NCBI GenBank assembly: GCA_963782685.1
Contig: CAWAKV010000007.1
Coordinates: 25,558 to 89,557, forward strand
From: an uncultured Solirubrobacterales bacterium
Lineage (GTDB): Bacteria > Actinomycetota > Thermoleophilia > Solirubrobacterales > 70-9
Direction of reading: 5' to 3'
Length of the DNA: 64,000 nt
In this document: positions 42,284 to 50,731 of the stretch, piece by piece
How positions within the stretch are numbered: the first letter of the stretch is position 1
How the letters are laid out: every line of letters begins with the position of its first letter
Notes under the pieces: model-generated
Told to the model about the DNA's origin: nothing
Databases searched by the model: none
The model's input: only the letters and a program-made list of their open reading frames with translations
Made by a program: the position numbers and the translations under genes

Positions 42284-43248
42284 GGGTTGCGGTCCTCTGC
42301 GGCGGCCGTTCCTCCGAGCACGACGTCTCGCTGCGCTCGGGCGAGGCGGTGGCGCGTGGGCTGGAGGAGGCCGGCCACGAGGCGCTGCTGGTAACGATCG
42401 CCCGCGAGGGCGGCTGGAACTTCCGCGGCGCGCCGGTCGAGCTGCTGCCGGCCGCGGGGCTCTTTGGCGCCGACGCCGCCTTCCCCGCCCTGCACGGGCC
42501 CTTCGGCGAGGACGGCAGCGTCCAGGGGGTGCTCGAGTGGCTCGACGTCCCCTACGTCGGCTCCGACGTGCTCGCCTCGGCCGTCTGCATGGACAAGCTG
42601 ACGCTGAAGCGCCTCTTCGCCCAGCGTGGGCTGCCGCAGGTCGAGTTCGTCGGCGTCGGCGAGGGGGACTGGCGCCAGCGCTGCGGCGAGATGGGGCTGC
42701 CGCTCTGGGTCAAGCCCTCGCGCCTCGGCTCCAGCGTCGGCATCAGCAAGGTCGAGAGCGTGGGGGAGGAGCTCGACCGCGCGGTCGAGCTGGCGCTGCG
42801 CCACGACCCCCGCGTGATCGTCGAGGCGCATGCCCCCGGCCGCGAGGTCGAGTGCTCCCTGCTTGGCAACGAGCGGGTCGAGACCTCGCTGCCGGGCGAG
42901 GTGATCGCCCACGGCGAGTGGTACGACTACGAGACCAAGTACAGCGACGGCGGCATGGAGCTGGTTGTCCCCGCTCCGATCCCCGGCGAGCTGGTGACGT
43001 CCCTGCGCGAACTCGCCGTCGAGGCCTTCGATCTGGGCGGCTGCTCCGGCCTCGCCCGCTGCGACTTCTTCCTCGAAGCCGACGGCCGCGTCCTCGTCAA
43101 CGAGATCAACACCATGCCCGGCTTCACCGAGACGAGCGTCTACGCCAAGCTCTGGGAGGCCACTGGCCTTCCCTACCCCGACCTATGCGACCGTCTCATC
43201 GGGTTGGCGATCGAGCGCCACTCCGCGTCCCGCTCCCACGAGTTTTGA
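42280..43248 (+). CDS. ddl: D-alanine--D-alanine ligase (copy 2)
   Basis: ATG 42280 overlaps the pknB stop (ATGA); MRVAVLCGGRSSEHDVSLRSG.., ..ALHGPFGEDGSVQG.., ..WVKPSRLGSSVGI.., ..NEINTMPGFT.. Confidence 0.85.
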   Translation: MRVAVLCGGRSSEHDVSLRSGEAVARGLEEAGHEALLVTIAREGGWNFRGAPVELLPAAGLFGADAAFPALHGPFGEDGSVQGVLEWLDVPYVGSDVLASAVCMDKLTLKRLFAQRGLPQVEFVGVGEGDWRQRCGEMGLPLWVKPSRLGSSVGISKVESVGEELDRAVELALRHDPRVIVEAHAPGREVECSLLGNERVETSLPGEVIAHGEWYDYETKYSDGGMELVVPAPIPGELVTSLRELAVEAFDLGGCSGLARCDFFLEADGRVLVNEINTMPGFTETSVYAKLWEATGLPYPDLCDRLIGLAIERHSASRSHEF

Positions 43249-43999
43249 CCGCCGCGCGCCAGCCGTAGCTGATGGCCGTTTGGCCGACCACGATGTCGGC
43301 GTCCGCTCGGACCGGCATCGCCCGTACACCGTTTACGCGGCAGAACGTCGCGACGTCCTCTCCATTGGCCCAAGTGCCGTTGAGGCTTCCGAGGTCGCGC
43401 ACCAAGAGAATCCCAGGCTCTGTCAGCTTGACTGCGGCGTGTTGTCGGGAGACCGGCGTGTAGTCGAGCGAGAACTGGACATCAGACTTCGTGCCGCGGC
43501 CAATGCGCAGCCATTCGCCAGCGGAGAGCTTGAGTACCTTTGCCTCGTTTCCGGGTCCCGCCTCCTCCTCCGGATGGTCCGGGGTCCAGATCAGATAGTC
43601 GCCGCCCGCCTGCTCGTCCAGAAGGCGCCTATGAGAGTGCGGCACCGGCATGAAGTCGGTCGTCGGATGGTTTTCCCCCGTCCCGCCGCTTGCCCGCACG
43701 TCTTGCCGCAGACCTAGATGAGCGCCGCCGGCTCCATCGAGGCTTTTCCGACGGCCGCCCTCATCGCCAACTTGATCCCGTTCTTCGATCGCGGTCAGAA
43801 CCGTGGTCTCGGAGCCGCTTGACGCCCGCTTCCTTTTCCGCTCGCTGTGGACGATCAGGACGATGCCGCCGAGAAGCGCGAGCAGCCACACAGCGACCAC
43901 GAGGGGGGTCGAGCTGAGCCCGTCCGCCACCGTCGCAACCGCTCCACCGACGCCCGCCGCGATCAAGGCGCCGCCAACTAGCTTGGATACCTCAGGCAT
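43196..43999 (-). CDS. membrane-anchored FHA-domain protein
   Basis: Two N-terminal TM segments, then ..WLRIGRGTKSDVQFSLDYTPVSRQHAAVKLTEPGILLVRDLGSLNGTWANGEDV... Lower G+C; its 3' end overlaps ddl copy 2 by 53 nt. Confidence 0.7.
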   Translation of the reverse strand: MPEVSKLVGGALIAAGVGGAVATVADGLSSTPLVVAVWLLALLGGIVLIVHSERKRKRASSGSETTVLTAIEERDQVGDEGGRRKSLDGAGGAHLGLRQDVRASGGTGENHPTTDFMPVPHSHRRLLDEQAGGDYLIWTPDHPEEEAGPGNEAKVLKLSAGEWLRIGRGTKSDVQFSLDYTPVSRQHAAVKLTEPGILLVRDLGSLNGTWANGEDVATFCRVNGVRAMPVRADADIVVGQTAISYGWRAAVKTRGSGTRSGARSPTR

Positions 44000-44022
44000 A
44001 GTTGTCTTTCGTCGCTTTGCGA

Positions 44023-44047
44023 GCTAGACACTAACATAATGTCTAGC
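44023..44047. promoter_or_regulatory. operator-like palindrome in the AT-rich divergent promoter region
   Basis: GCTAGACA-N9-TGTCTAGC. Related half-sites TGTCTGGC (44080-44087) and ATGTCAT (44103-44109) / ATGACAT (44142-44148) bracket the AAGGAG RBS. Confidence 0.4.
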
Positions 44048-44151
44048 AACTGTATCGAGCTTTTAATAGAAACGAAAAATGTCTGGCATTTAGCGTTACG
44101 TTATGTCATAATGCGGGCGGAAATGACCACCCGTTAAGGAGATGACATCCG

Positions 44152-44403
44152 ATGAAGACGCGAACGACGACGATCCGGATTCACGATGCCCAGCTCCGGT
44201 TCCTGGAACTGATCGCGGAACACGACGGCGTGTCTGTCGCCGACGTTCAGCGAGCCGCCTTCACCGCCTACAGCGAGGAGCGCGCCCAGGCCAACAAGGA
44301 GCTGTCCACGGCGCGTGACCGGGTCGCCGAGGAATGGAAGGACGAGGATGACGCGCGGAGACAAGAGACGCTCCAGCGGGCGCTGGGGGAGAGCGTCGAG
44401 TAG
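44152..44403 (+). CDS. ribbon-helix-helix (CopG/Arc-like) DNA-binding protein
   Basis: AAGGAG 44136-44141 then ATG. TTTIRIHDAQLRFLELIAEHDGVSVADVQRAAFTAY has a strand-helix-helix pattern. 83 aa with an acidic tail. Confidence 0.55.
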   Translation: MKTRTTTIRIHDAQLRFLELIAEHDGVSVADVQRAAFTAYSEERAQANKELSTARDRVAEEWKDEDDARRQETLQRALGESVE

Positions 44404-45315
44404 GTGAGCGCCGCCGCTCCGCAGCAGGGCGAGGCCTCGCCCGAGTTCCCGCTCCTGCCCTTGGAGCAGGAGGAGGCGCGGGATCCGTCGGTTGCGGGCG
44501 CCAAGGCGGCGACCCTGTCGCGCCTCCGCCAGGCCCTTCCGGGCCGTGTGCCCCCCGGCTGGGTCCTTCCGGCCGCCAGCACCGCCGCCCTTCTCGATGC
44601 CGAGGGCGGGAGCGAGGAACGGCCGACTCTCGAGTCGCTGCGGGCGGGGCTCCAGCGGGCGCTTGGGAGCGAAACCTCGGGGGTCTTTGCCGTGCGCTCG
44701 TCCGGCCTCGACGAGGATTCGCCGCGGCACTCGTTCGCCGGCCAGTACCGGACGCTCCTCGGGGTCCGTGGTGACAGCTCACTCGCGGACGCCGTGCGCG
44801 CATGCGCGCACTCCGGCTCCGCTCCCCACATCGATGCCTATCGACAGCAGGCGGGGAGCCTCAACGTGGGTGCGCCGGCGGTCCTCATCCAAGAGATGGC
44901 GCCCGCCGATCGTGCCGGTGTGGCCTTCACCTCCAATCCCGTGAGCGGTGCCGACGAGGTCGTCATCGACGCTGGGTACGGGCTCGGCGACCTCGTCGTT
45001 GGCGGAGAGATCACGCCCGATGAGCTCGGTGTGGACGGAAGCGGCAGCGTGCTTTGGAGCAAGATCGGCAGCAAGCGGCGGATGAGCGTCCTGACGGCGG
45101 ATGGAGTCGTGCAGATACCGATTCCCCACGCTTTCCGGCGGCGCCTATCTCTTGCTCCGGCTCAAATCGCCGCCGTCGCCGAGGCCGCCGAGCTCTGCAG
45201 GACGACGCTGGGCTTCCACGCGGATGTCGAGTGGGCCATAGCGGATGGTGCAGTGCTCGTGCTCCAAGCGCGCCCGATAACGGCGACCGCCTCTGCAAGG
45301 CGGCGAAAGTCATGA
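44404..45315 (+). CDS. PEP/pyruvate-binding (PPDK_N-type ATP-grasp) domain protein
   Basis: GTG immediately after the upstream TAG; ..GAKAATLSRL.., ..FAVRSSGLDEDSPRHSFAGQY.., ..VLIQEMAPADRAGVAFTSNPVSG.., ..GLGDLVVGGEITPDE.. Confidence 0.75.
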   Translation: MSAAAPQQGEASPEFPLLPLEQEEARDPSVAGAKAATLSRLRQALPGRVPPGWVLPAASTAALLDAEGGSEERPTLESLRAGLQRALGSETSGVFAVRSSGLDEDSPRHSFAGQYRTLLGVRGDSSLADAVRACAHSGSAPHIDAYRQQAGSLNVGAPAVLIQEMAPADRAGVAFTSNPVSGADEVVIDAGYGLGDLVVGGEITPDELGVDGSGSVLWSKIGSKRRMSVLTADGVVQIPIPHAFRRRLSLAPAQIAAVAEAAELCRTTLGFHADVEWAIADGAVLVLQARPITATASARRRKS

Positions 45316-46848
45316 GCGCATCCGGCCAGGGCGCTCATGAGTGGGTGACCGCCGTTGCCCGCCCCAACACCCCACTCTTTCTGAGCTTTCTCATCTCGGG
45401 TCAGAGCCGGTCCGCGATCGAGGCCAACACGGGATTGCCCATCGGGTTCGAGAACATCCGTCGCGCTGGCATTCGATTGCAGTACAAGCGCGCGGAGCTG
45501 GCCGCAGCGACGGCCGTCGTACGTGAGCGAAGCACCGCGGAAGGCGTCGCCTTCTTCGAGCGCTATGCCGATCGCTGCCTCGGCTCTTGCCGTGCCTTGC
45601 TGAGGACAGTCGATCGGCTCGCGGCGGAGCACCGTATCCAGGAAGGGAGTCGCGAGAGCCTGCAGCCGGCCCTCGAGCGCTACTTCACGACCGCGGCGGA
45701 GCTGGGGTCCTTCCTGCAGACGCTAATTGTCGTCCAGTTCGAGCTCGAGGACCTGCTGCGTGGGTTTGTGACCGATCACCTGGATCAGCCGACCGGCGAG
45801 GACGTTCGAGGAGTCATGAGAGCGCTCCAGATCTCGCTCGAGCCGACCGACGAGCTGTGCAACCTCACCGAAATGTTGAAGCTCGCCCTTCTGGCGCAGA
45901 GCACGGCGGCCGACCATCGCGAATGGATCGCCGTCGACCCGATAGCGCTCGTTGCGCGTGTGGCGTACCGGCACCCCGCTGTCTGGGCCGACCTCGAGTC
46001 CTACCAGGCGCGTTTCGGCTGGATGGGGCGACGCTACTACTCCGGCGATCCGATCACTCCCGTTGACGTCGGCCTGCGGCTCCAGAACCTCCTGCGCGAG
46101 GACTGCGAGGAGCGGCTCGCGAAGATCGAGCGTCGCCGCAGCGACCATCTCGAAGAGCGCGAGCGGGCCATAGCAAGGCTGGGGCCCGACGCGCGCCGCC
46201 TGGCCGACGTCCTCAGCCGCTACATGTACCTGCGCAGCTACCGCCTCGAACGCTTTCTTCATCGCTCACGAGCGGGTGGTACCGCTGTTCGACGAAGCCG
46301 CGCATCTCCTGGCGCTCGACGGTTACGAGGACACCGTTCAGCTGAGCTGGCAAGAGCTCATGGACGGCATCCAAGGCCGCTGCGAAGGGCGAGATCTGGC
46401 GTCCAGGGCGGCCGAGCGCCGCGCCGGCTTCGAGTTCGTCGTTCGCGGCGGCAGCACCAAATGGATCGCCGCCAGCCACCCCGCCAGGACGGCCGCCGCA
46501 TCCGAGACGCCGCCGGAGACCCTGCAAGGCGTGTCCGGCTGGCAAGGGCGGTCGCGAGGCCGCGTCCGGGTGATCGCCAGCGACGACGACATGCTTCTCA
46601 TGCAGCCCGGCGAGATCCTCGTCGCGACGATGACCCAGCCACGACTAATGCTCGCGGTCGAGAAGGCGAGCGCGATAGTCACCGACGAGGGCGGCATGCT
46701 CTGCCACGCGGTCCTCGTCAGCCGCGAGTTCAACCTACCCTGCGTTATCGGGACCGAACGGGCGACGCATGTTCTTCGCAGCGGCGACCTCGTGGACGTG
46801 GACGCCGAGGAAGGCGTCGTGCGACTCGTCAGCCGGCCAAAACACTGA
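45312..46848 (+). CDS. helical domain + PEP-utilizer swivel phosphohistidine domain protein; one frame break
   Basis: ATGA overlap with the upstream gene. C-terminus ..GEILVATMTQPRLMLAVEKASAIVTDEGGMLCHAVLVSREFNLPCVIGT.. carries the mobile-domain His motif. A +1 step near 46250 joins ORF 45054..47327 to ORF 46276..46848. Confidence 0.7.
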
Positions 46849-46865
46849 TCAAGGGAGAATTGACC

Positions 46866-47327
46866 ATGACTGCAATGCTCACCGCGAAGCGCGACATACG
46901 CGCCGACCCAGACCGAGCGATGAGATGGAGGCATCCCGGGCTGCTCCGGCGCTACTGCTCCGATTTCGGCAAGACGCCCGAGGAGGCGGAGCAATGCTTC
47001 ACGGCCTTCAAGCAATTCCTCGTCGTCTGTGCGCTGGCGGACGGCGAGCGGGCGCCGTCGGCTTCGGTCGACGATATGTGGCATACGGCCCTTCTCTTCA
47101 GCCGCTCCTACCTACGGTTTTGCGAGCAGGTCCTCGGCGAGGTGGTGCACCACGAGCCGCTCGAGACGACCCCGGATGTCGCCCCCTACGCCGCGGCGAG
47201 GGCGGATGCACTTGCTCTGTTCGGCGAGCTGCCCGACGCGCACTGGCCCAGCCCAGGATGGGTGCAGCTGTGCGGCAGCAAGTATCCCGGCAAGGACTGT
47301 CCATCCTGGCCAGGTGAGCTGATCTGA
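46866..47327 (+). CDS. GRDP/DUF1399-like small protein (hypothetical)
   Basis: AAGGGAGAA then ATG 46866. ..FKQFLVVCAL..VDDMWHTALLFSRSYLRFCEQVLGEVVHHEP.. resembles the W-H..Y..C..HH core of glycine-rich-domain-protein-like families, as I recall it. Confidence 0.4.
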   Translation: MTAMLTAKRDIRADPDRAMRWRHPGLLRRYCSDFGKTPEEAEQCFTAFKQFLVVCALADGERAPSASVDDMWHTALLFSRSYLRFCEQVLGEVVHHEPLETTPDVAPYAAARADALALFGELPDAHWPSPGWVQLCGSKYPGKDCPSWPGELI

Positions 47328-47328
47328 C

Positions 47329-48165
47329 GTGTCGGTCAACGTCCTGGTTCTCGAGGACCGAGAGTCCACGAGGAACGTAATCAGGGGTTACCTCGAGGCG
47401 AACCTGTCCCGCGACGCCACCGAGACGGACAACCCCGATCCGGATGCCGCGGCCGGCCGGCTCGCGCATGTCCTTCCGCCTGGCTGGCTGCCCTTCAGGC
47501 GCCACGATTTCAACGTTTGCTGCGCCAACGACGGCGAGATCGGAACTCTCACCCAGATGGCGGAGGGCTCGGACCGCGTACGGCTCCGAGAGTACGTGAG
47601 CTCGATCTGCGTCGAGTCGTTTGCCACGGAGCCGGAACTGCCGGACGTGCTCGTCGTCGATCTCGCGCTCTCGGATAACGAGCAGCACGAACTCATGGCC
47701 AAAGAGGCCAACTGGCCGTCGCTGACCTGCAAAGAGTGCCCCCTGCCCGAGCCCGACTCCGCGATTGAGGATCCACGAGACCTGGTGGAAGGGATGACCG
47801 GATTCAAGGTCCTCGGAGCGCTGGCGGGAGAGCTGCCGATCATCGCCACGTCCTACGCGAGCCATCCGCTCGTCTCCTATCACTGCCTGGTCAACGGCGC
47901 CCGGGTGTTCATCCGCAAGCCGGTCCGCGAGAAGGAGACGATCGAGGGCCGGGAGGGATGGGATTGGGCGGCAGCCGCCCGGTATGGCGCCGAAGAGCTC
48001 CAGAAGCGGGGAGAGCGGGCGGCCGATCCACTTGCCGCCGTCGTTCTGAACTACCTGACGATGCTCACTGCGCACATCCTCGCGGTTCTCCCGAACATCG
48101 CCCTGCAACAGCTGGGCGAGTGCCGAGACGACAATCTCCAGGGGCCTGCTCCGGTGGCTCCATGA
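47329..48165 (+). CDS. atypical receiver (REC)-like protein with large insertions
   Basis: GTG 47329. VLVLEDRES (beta1), DVLVVDLALSD (beta3 Asp), PIIATSYAS (beta4 Thr/Ser) and ARVFIRKP (beta5 Lys) occur in the right order but with ~70-aa and ~40-aa insertions. No output domain recognised. Confidence 0.4.
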   Translation: MSVNVLVLEDRESTRNVIRGYLEANLSRDATETDNPDPDAAAGRLAHVLPPGWLPFRRHDFNVCCANDGEIGTLTQMAEGSDRVRLREYVSSICVESFATEPELPDVLVVDLALSDNEQHELMAKEANWPSLTCKECPLPEPDSAIEDPRDLVEGMTGFKVLGALAGELPIIATSYASHPLVSYHCLVNGARVFIRKPVREKETIEGREGWDWAAAARYGAEELQKRGERAADPLAAVVLNYLTMLTAHILAVLPNIALQQLGECRDDNLQGPAPVAP

Positions 48166-49259
48166 TCTCCGGCCGGGTCGATGCGATCATCGTCGGCGCC
48201 GGAGTGATAGGCCTGACCGCCGCACACGAGCTCACCCGCCGCGGGAGGTCGGTGCTCTGCTTCGAGCAGGGTGCGGCCGGACAGGGTCAGTCGGCGGGGG
48301 ACGCGCGGATCTTCCGCAACATCCATGACACGTCACAGATGACTCGCAGGGCAGCTCGAGCTCGAACGGCTTGGCGCTGCCTCGAAAGTCAGCTCGGCAA
48401 GACGCTGATCGGCAGCGAGGGAATGCTTGTTTACGGCAGCGCGAGCGCGCAGGGCAGCGATTGGACGCAGTTGGGGGTGGAAGCGCGACGGCTTCGCCCC
48501 CCCGAGGCCGAGTCGCTGCTGCCTCGCGCGGCGCCGACTCGGGAGGCGCTGTTTGACGTCCGCGCCGGCGCGATACGTGCCGATCGCGTGTGTTCGAGGC
48601 TGGCAGCCTCACTCGGCGCGAAGCTCAAAAGGGGTCGTGTGCTCGGCCTGCGCGCTCACGGTTCGGAGGTCGAGGCGCAGACCTCCGTGGGGACTTGGTC
48701 GTGTGGCACGGCGATCGTCGCGGCAGGCGTCCATACGGCCGCGCTGGCCGCGGCCCACGGCATCGACATTCCCGAGCGCCGCGGCGTGCACGCGCAGATC
48801 TCTTTCGAGCTGTTGCCGGGGGTCGAGCCACCCTGCTTCCTCGATCGCAGCGACCAGTTTGGCGAGCAGGCCTACGGGTTGCCCCTGCCGGGCAGGCGGG
48901 AGATGGCGGTGGGCCTTGACCATGCCGGCGGTTTGCTGAACGTTCTCAGCGGCGACGTGCTGCCGCCGTCGTCGGCTCTGCGCGAGGCCGAAGCGCGGAT
49001 AGTGACGTACGTCGAGAGGGCCTTGCCCAAGGCCCTCGGCTCACCCACGTCATCGCGCTTGTGCGTATTCACGCCGCTCGGCGCCGACCCCGACGCCTTC
49101 TCGGCCTGGCAGGCCGGGCCGATCACCTTTGTCGCCGGTCACAATGCGTTCAAGTTTGCGCCACTGATCGCCGCCGAGCTCGCGGACATCTGCGAGGGAG
49201 GCGCCGTATCGGAGTCGCTTCAGCCCAGCAGCTCGATGTCGCTGATCTCGATCTGGTAG
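48162..49259 (+). CDS. FAD-dependent oxidoreductase (DAO / sarcosine-glycine oxidase-like)
   Basis: ATGA overlap with the upstream gene; dinucleotide fold DAIIVGAGVIGLTAAHELTRRGRSVLCFEQ; 365 aa, intact. Confidence 0.75.
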   Translation: MISGRVDAIIVGAGVIGLTAAHELTRRGRSVLCFEQGAAGQGQSAGDARIFRNIHDTSQMTRRAARARTAWRCLESQLGKTLIGSEGMLVYGSASAQGSDWTQLGVEARRLRPPEAESLLPRAAPTREALFDVRAGAIRADRVCSRLAASLGAKLKRGRVLGLRAHGSEVEAQTSVGTWSCGTAIVAAGVHTAALAAAHGIDIPERRGVHAQISFELLPGVEPPCFLDRSDQFGEQAYGLPLPGRREMAVGLDHAGGLLNVLSGDVLPPSSALREAEARIVTYVERALPKALGSPTSSRLCVFTPLGADPDAFSAWQAGPITFVAGHNAFKFAPLIAAELADICEGGAVSESLQPSSSMSLISIW

Positions 49260-50731
49260 CGGCCGGGTTGGTCGCGGGCTTCGGAGGCCTTGGTGAACCA
49301 GAGGAGGAAGTAGGTCGAGGGCTGGCGGACGGTCAGGTCGATTTCCTCGACCTCCTCGGCTTCGCTCGCTTCGCCCACCGCTTCGTCCCAGCCGGAGAGA
49401 TCTGAGGGGGGCCCGGCCGGCGCGGCGTAGACCTCGGCGTCCCAGCCCGGGGTGGGAGTGCGGACGATCATCCGCTCCGGCGTCGCCGGCGAGGCGGTGC
49501 TGACGTAGACGCCGACGCCGGGGTTGGGCCCGGTCTTCGTGCCTTCGAAGACGTCGCTGTCGTAGTGCTCGGTTTCCCAGGCGGTGCCGGTCGGGTCGCC
49601 GTCGGCGGCGAGTTCGACCTTGCTGCCGACCTCTTCGCCGTCGCCCTGCGGGTCGTAGTCGGTCGCCCCCGAGAGCGCGACGCTGCCGCCCTTGCCCTGG
49701 TTGGCACCGCCCCCGCCGATCCCGCTGGAAATCAGCTGCACGGCGAGCAGCGCGCCGCCGGCGACCAGGAGCAGGACGACGATCGCCGCCCACGACCAAC
49801 GGGCGCGGCCGGAGAGCTTGCGCTTCGGCGGCGGCACCGCGTCGAGCACGCTGGTCGCCTCGCCGGTGGTCGAGCCCGCCCGCGCCGCCTCGACCTCGAG
49901 CGCGGTCTCGAGGTCGTCGATCATCTCGGCGATCGTCTGGTAGCGCTCGGCCGGGTTCTTCGCGGTCGCCCGCTCGACCACCAGCGCCACCGCGGCCGAG
50001 ACTTCCGGCCGCCGCCGCTGCACGTCGGGCAGTTCCTCGTTGACGTGTTTCATCGCCACCCCGACCTGGCTGTCGGCGTGGAAGGGGACCTGGCCGACCA
50101 GCATCTCGTAGAGGACGACGCCGAGCGAGTAGATGTCGGAGCGGGGGTCGACCTCCTTGCCCATCGCCTGCTCGGGGGCGACGTAGTCGGTGGTGCCGAG
50201 CACGCGGCCGGTGGCGGTGACGCCGTCCTGTTCGAGCTGGCGCGAGATGCCGAAGTCGGTCAGCTTGGCGCGCCCCTCGTCGTCGATCAGCACGTTCTGC
50301 GGCTTGATGTCGCGGTGGACCATGTTGCGCGCGTGGGCGACGCTGAGCCCGCGCGCGACCTCGATCGCGTAGGCGATCGCCTCCTGGGTGTCGAGCGCGC
50401 CGACGCGGCCGATCCGCTGCTTCAGCGTCTCGCCCTTGACGTACTCGAAGACGATGTAGGGGTGGCCGCCGTCCTCGCCGGCGTCGATCACCGAGACGAC
50501 GTTGGGGTGGGTGAGCTTGGCGACCGCTCGCGCCTCCTGGCGGAAGCGCTGCAGCTGGTCCTCCTGCTCGGACATCTCGCGGTGCATCACCTTGACCGCG
50601 ACCGACCGGTCGAGCGTCTCGTCGCGGGCCAGGTAGACGGTCGACATCCCGCCGCTGCCGAGCTTCGCCTCCAGCCGGTAGCGGCCGGAGAGCACGGTTC
50701 CGATCATCGAGCTGGAAGGAGGTGAGCTCAT
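49220..50731 (-). CDS. Ser/Thr protein kinase with TM and extracellular beta-rich sensor domain
   Basis: Intact 503 aa; ..GSGGMSTVYLA..VAVKVM.., HRDIKPQNVLI, DFGIS, TM ..WAAIVVLLLVAGGALLAV.., ~165-aa C-terminal domain ending ..YFLLWFTKASEARDQPGRYQIEISDIELLG. Confidence 0.85.
   Translation of the reverse strand: MSSPPSSSMIGTVLSGRYRLEAKLGSGGMSTVYLARDETLDRSVAVKVMHREMSEQEDQLQRFRQEARAVAKLTHPNVVSVIDAGEDGGHPYIVFEYVKGETLKQRIGRVGALDTQEAIAYAIEVARGLSVAHARNMVHRDIKPQNVLIDDEGRAKLTDFGISRQLEQDGVTATGRVLGTTDYVAPEQAMGKEVDPRSDIYSLGVVLYEMLVGQVPFHADSQVGVAMKHVNEELPDVQRRRPEVSAAVALVVERATAKNPAERYQTIAEMIDDLETALEVEAARAGSTTGEATSVLDAVPPPKRKLSGRARWSWAAIVVLLLVAGGALLAVQLISSGIGGGGANQGKGGSVALSGATDYDPQGDGEEVGSKVELAADGDPTGTAWETEHYDSDVFEGTKTGPNPGVGVYVSTASPATPERMIVRTPTPGWDAEVYAAPAGPPSDLSGWDEAVGEASEAEEVEEIDLTVRQPSTYFLLWFTKASEARDQPGRYQIEISDIELLG

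Noticed and set aside
41341-43248. 635-aa ORF implying a long N-terminal extension of Ddl copy 2
   Set aside because: The first ~310 aa are the alternate frame of the pknB PASTA region (Arg/Gly/Pro-rich). Ddl begins at ATG 42280, with the typical MRVAVLCGGRS N-terminus.
45054-47327. 757-aa ORF spanning the swivel-domain gene and the GRDP-like gene
   Set aside because: The middle third (..RSRAGGTAVRRSRASPGARRLRGH..) is out-of-frame. The swivel domain continues in ORF 46276..46848, and the last 153 aa have their own RBS and ATG at 46866.
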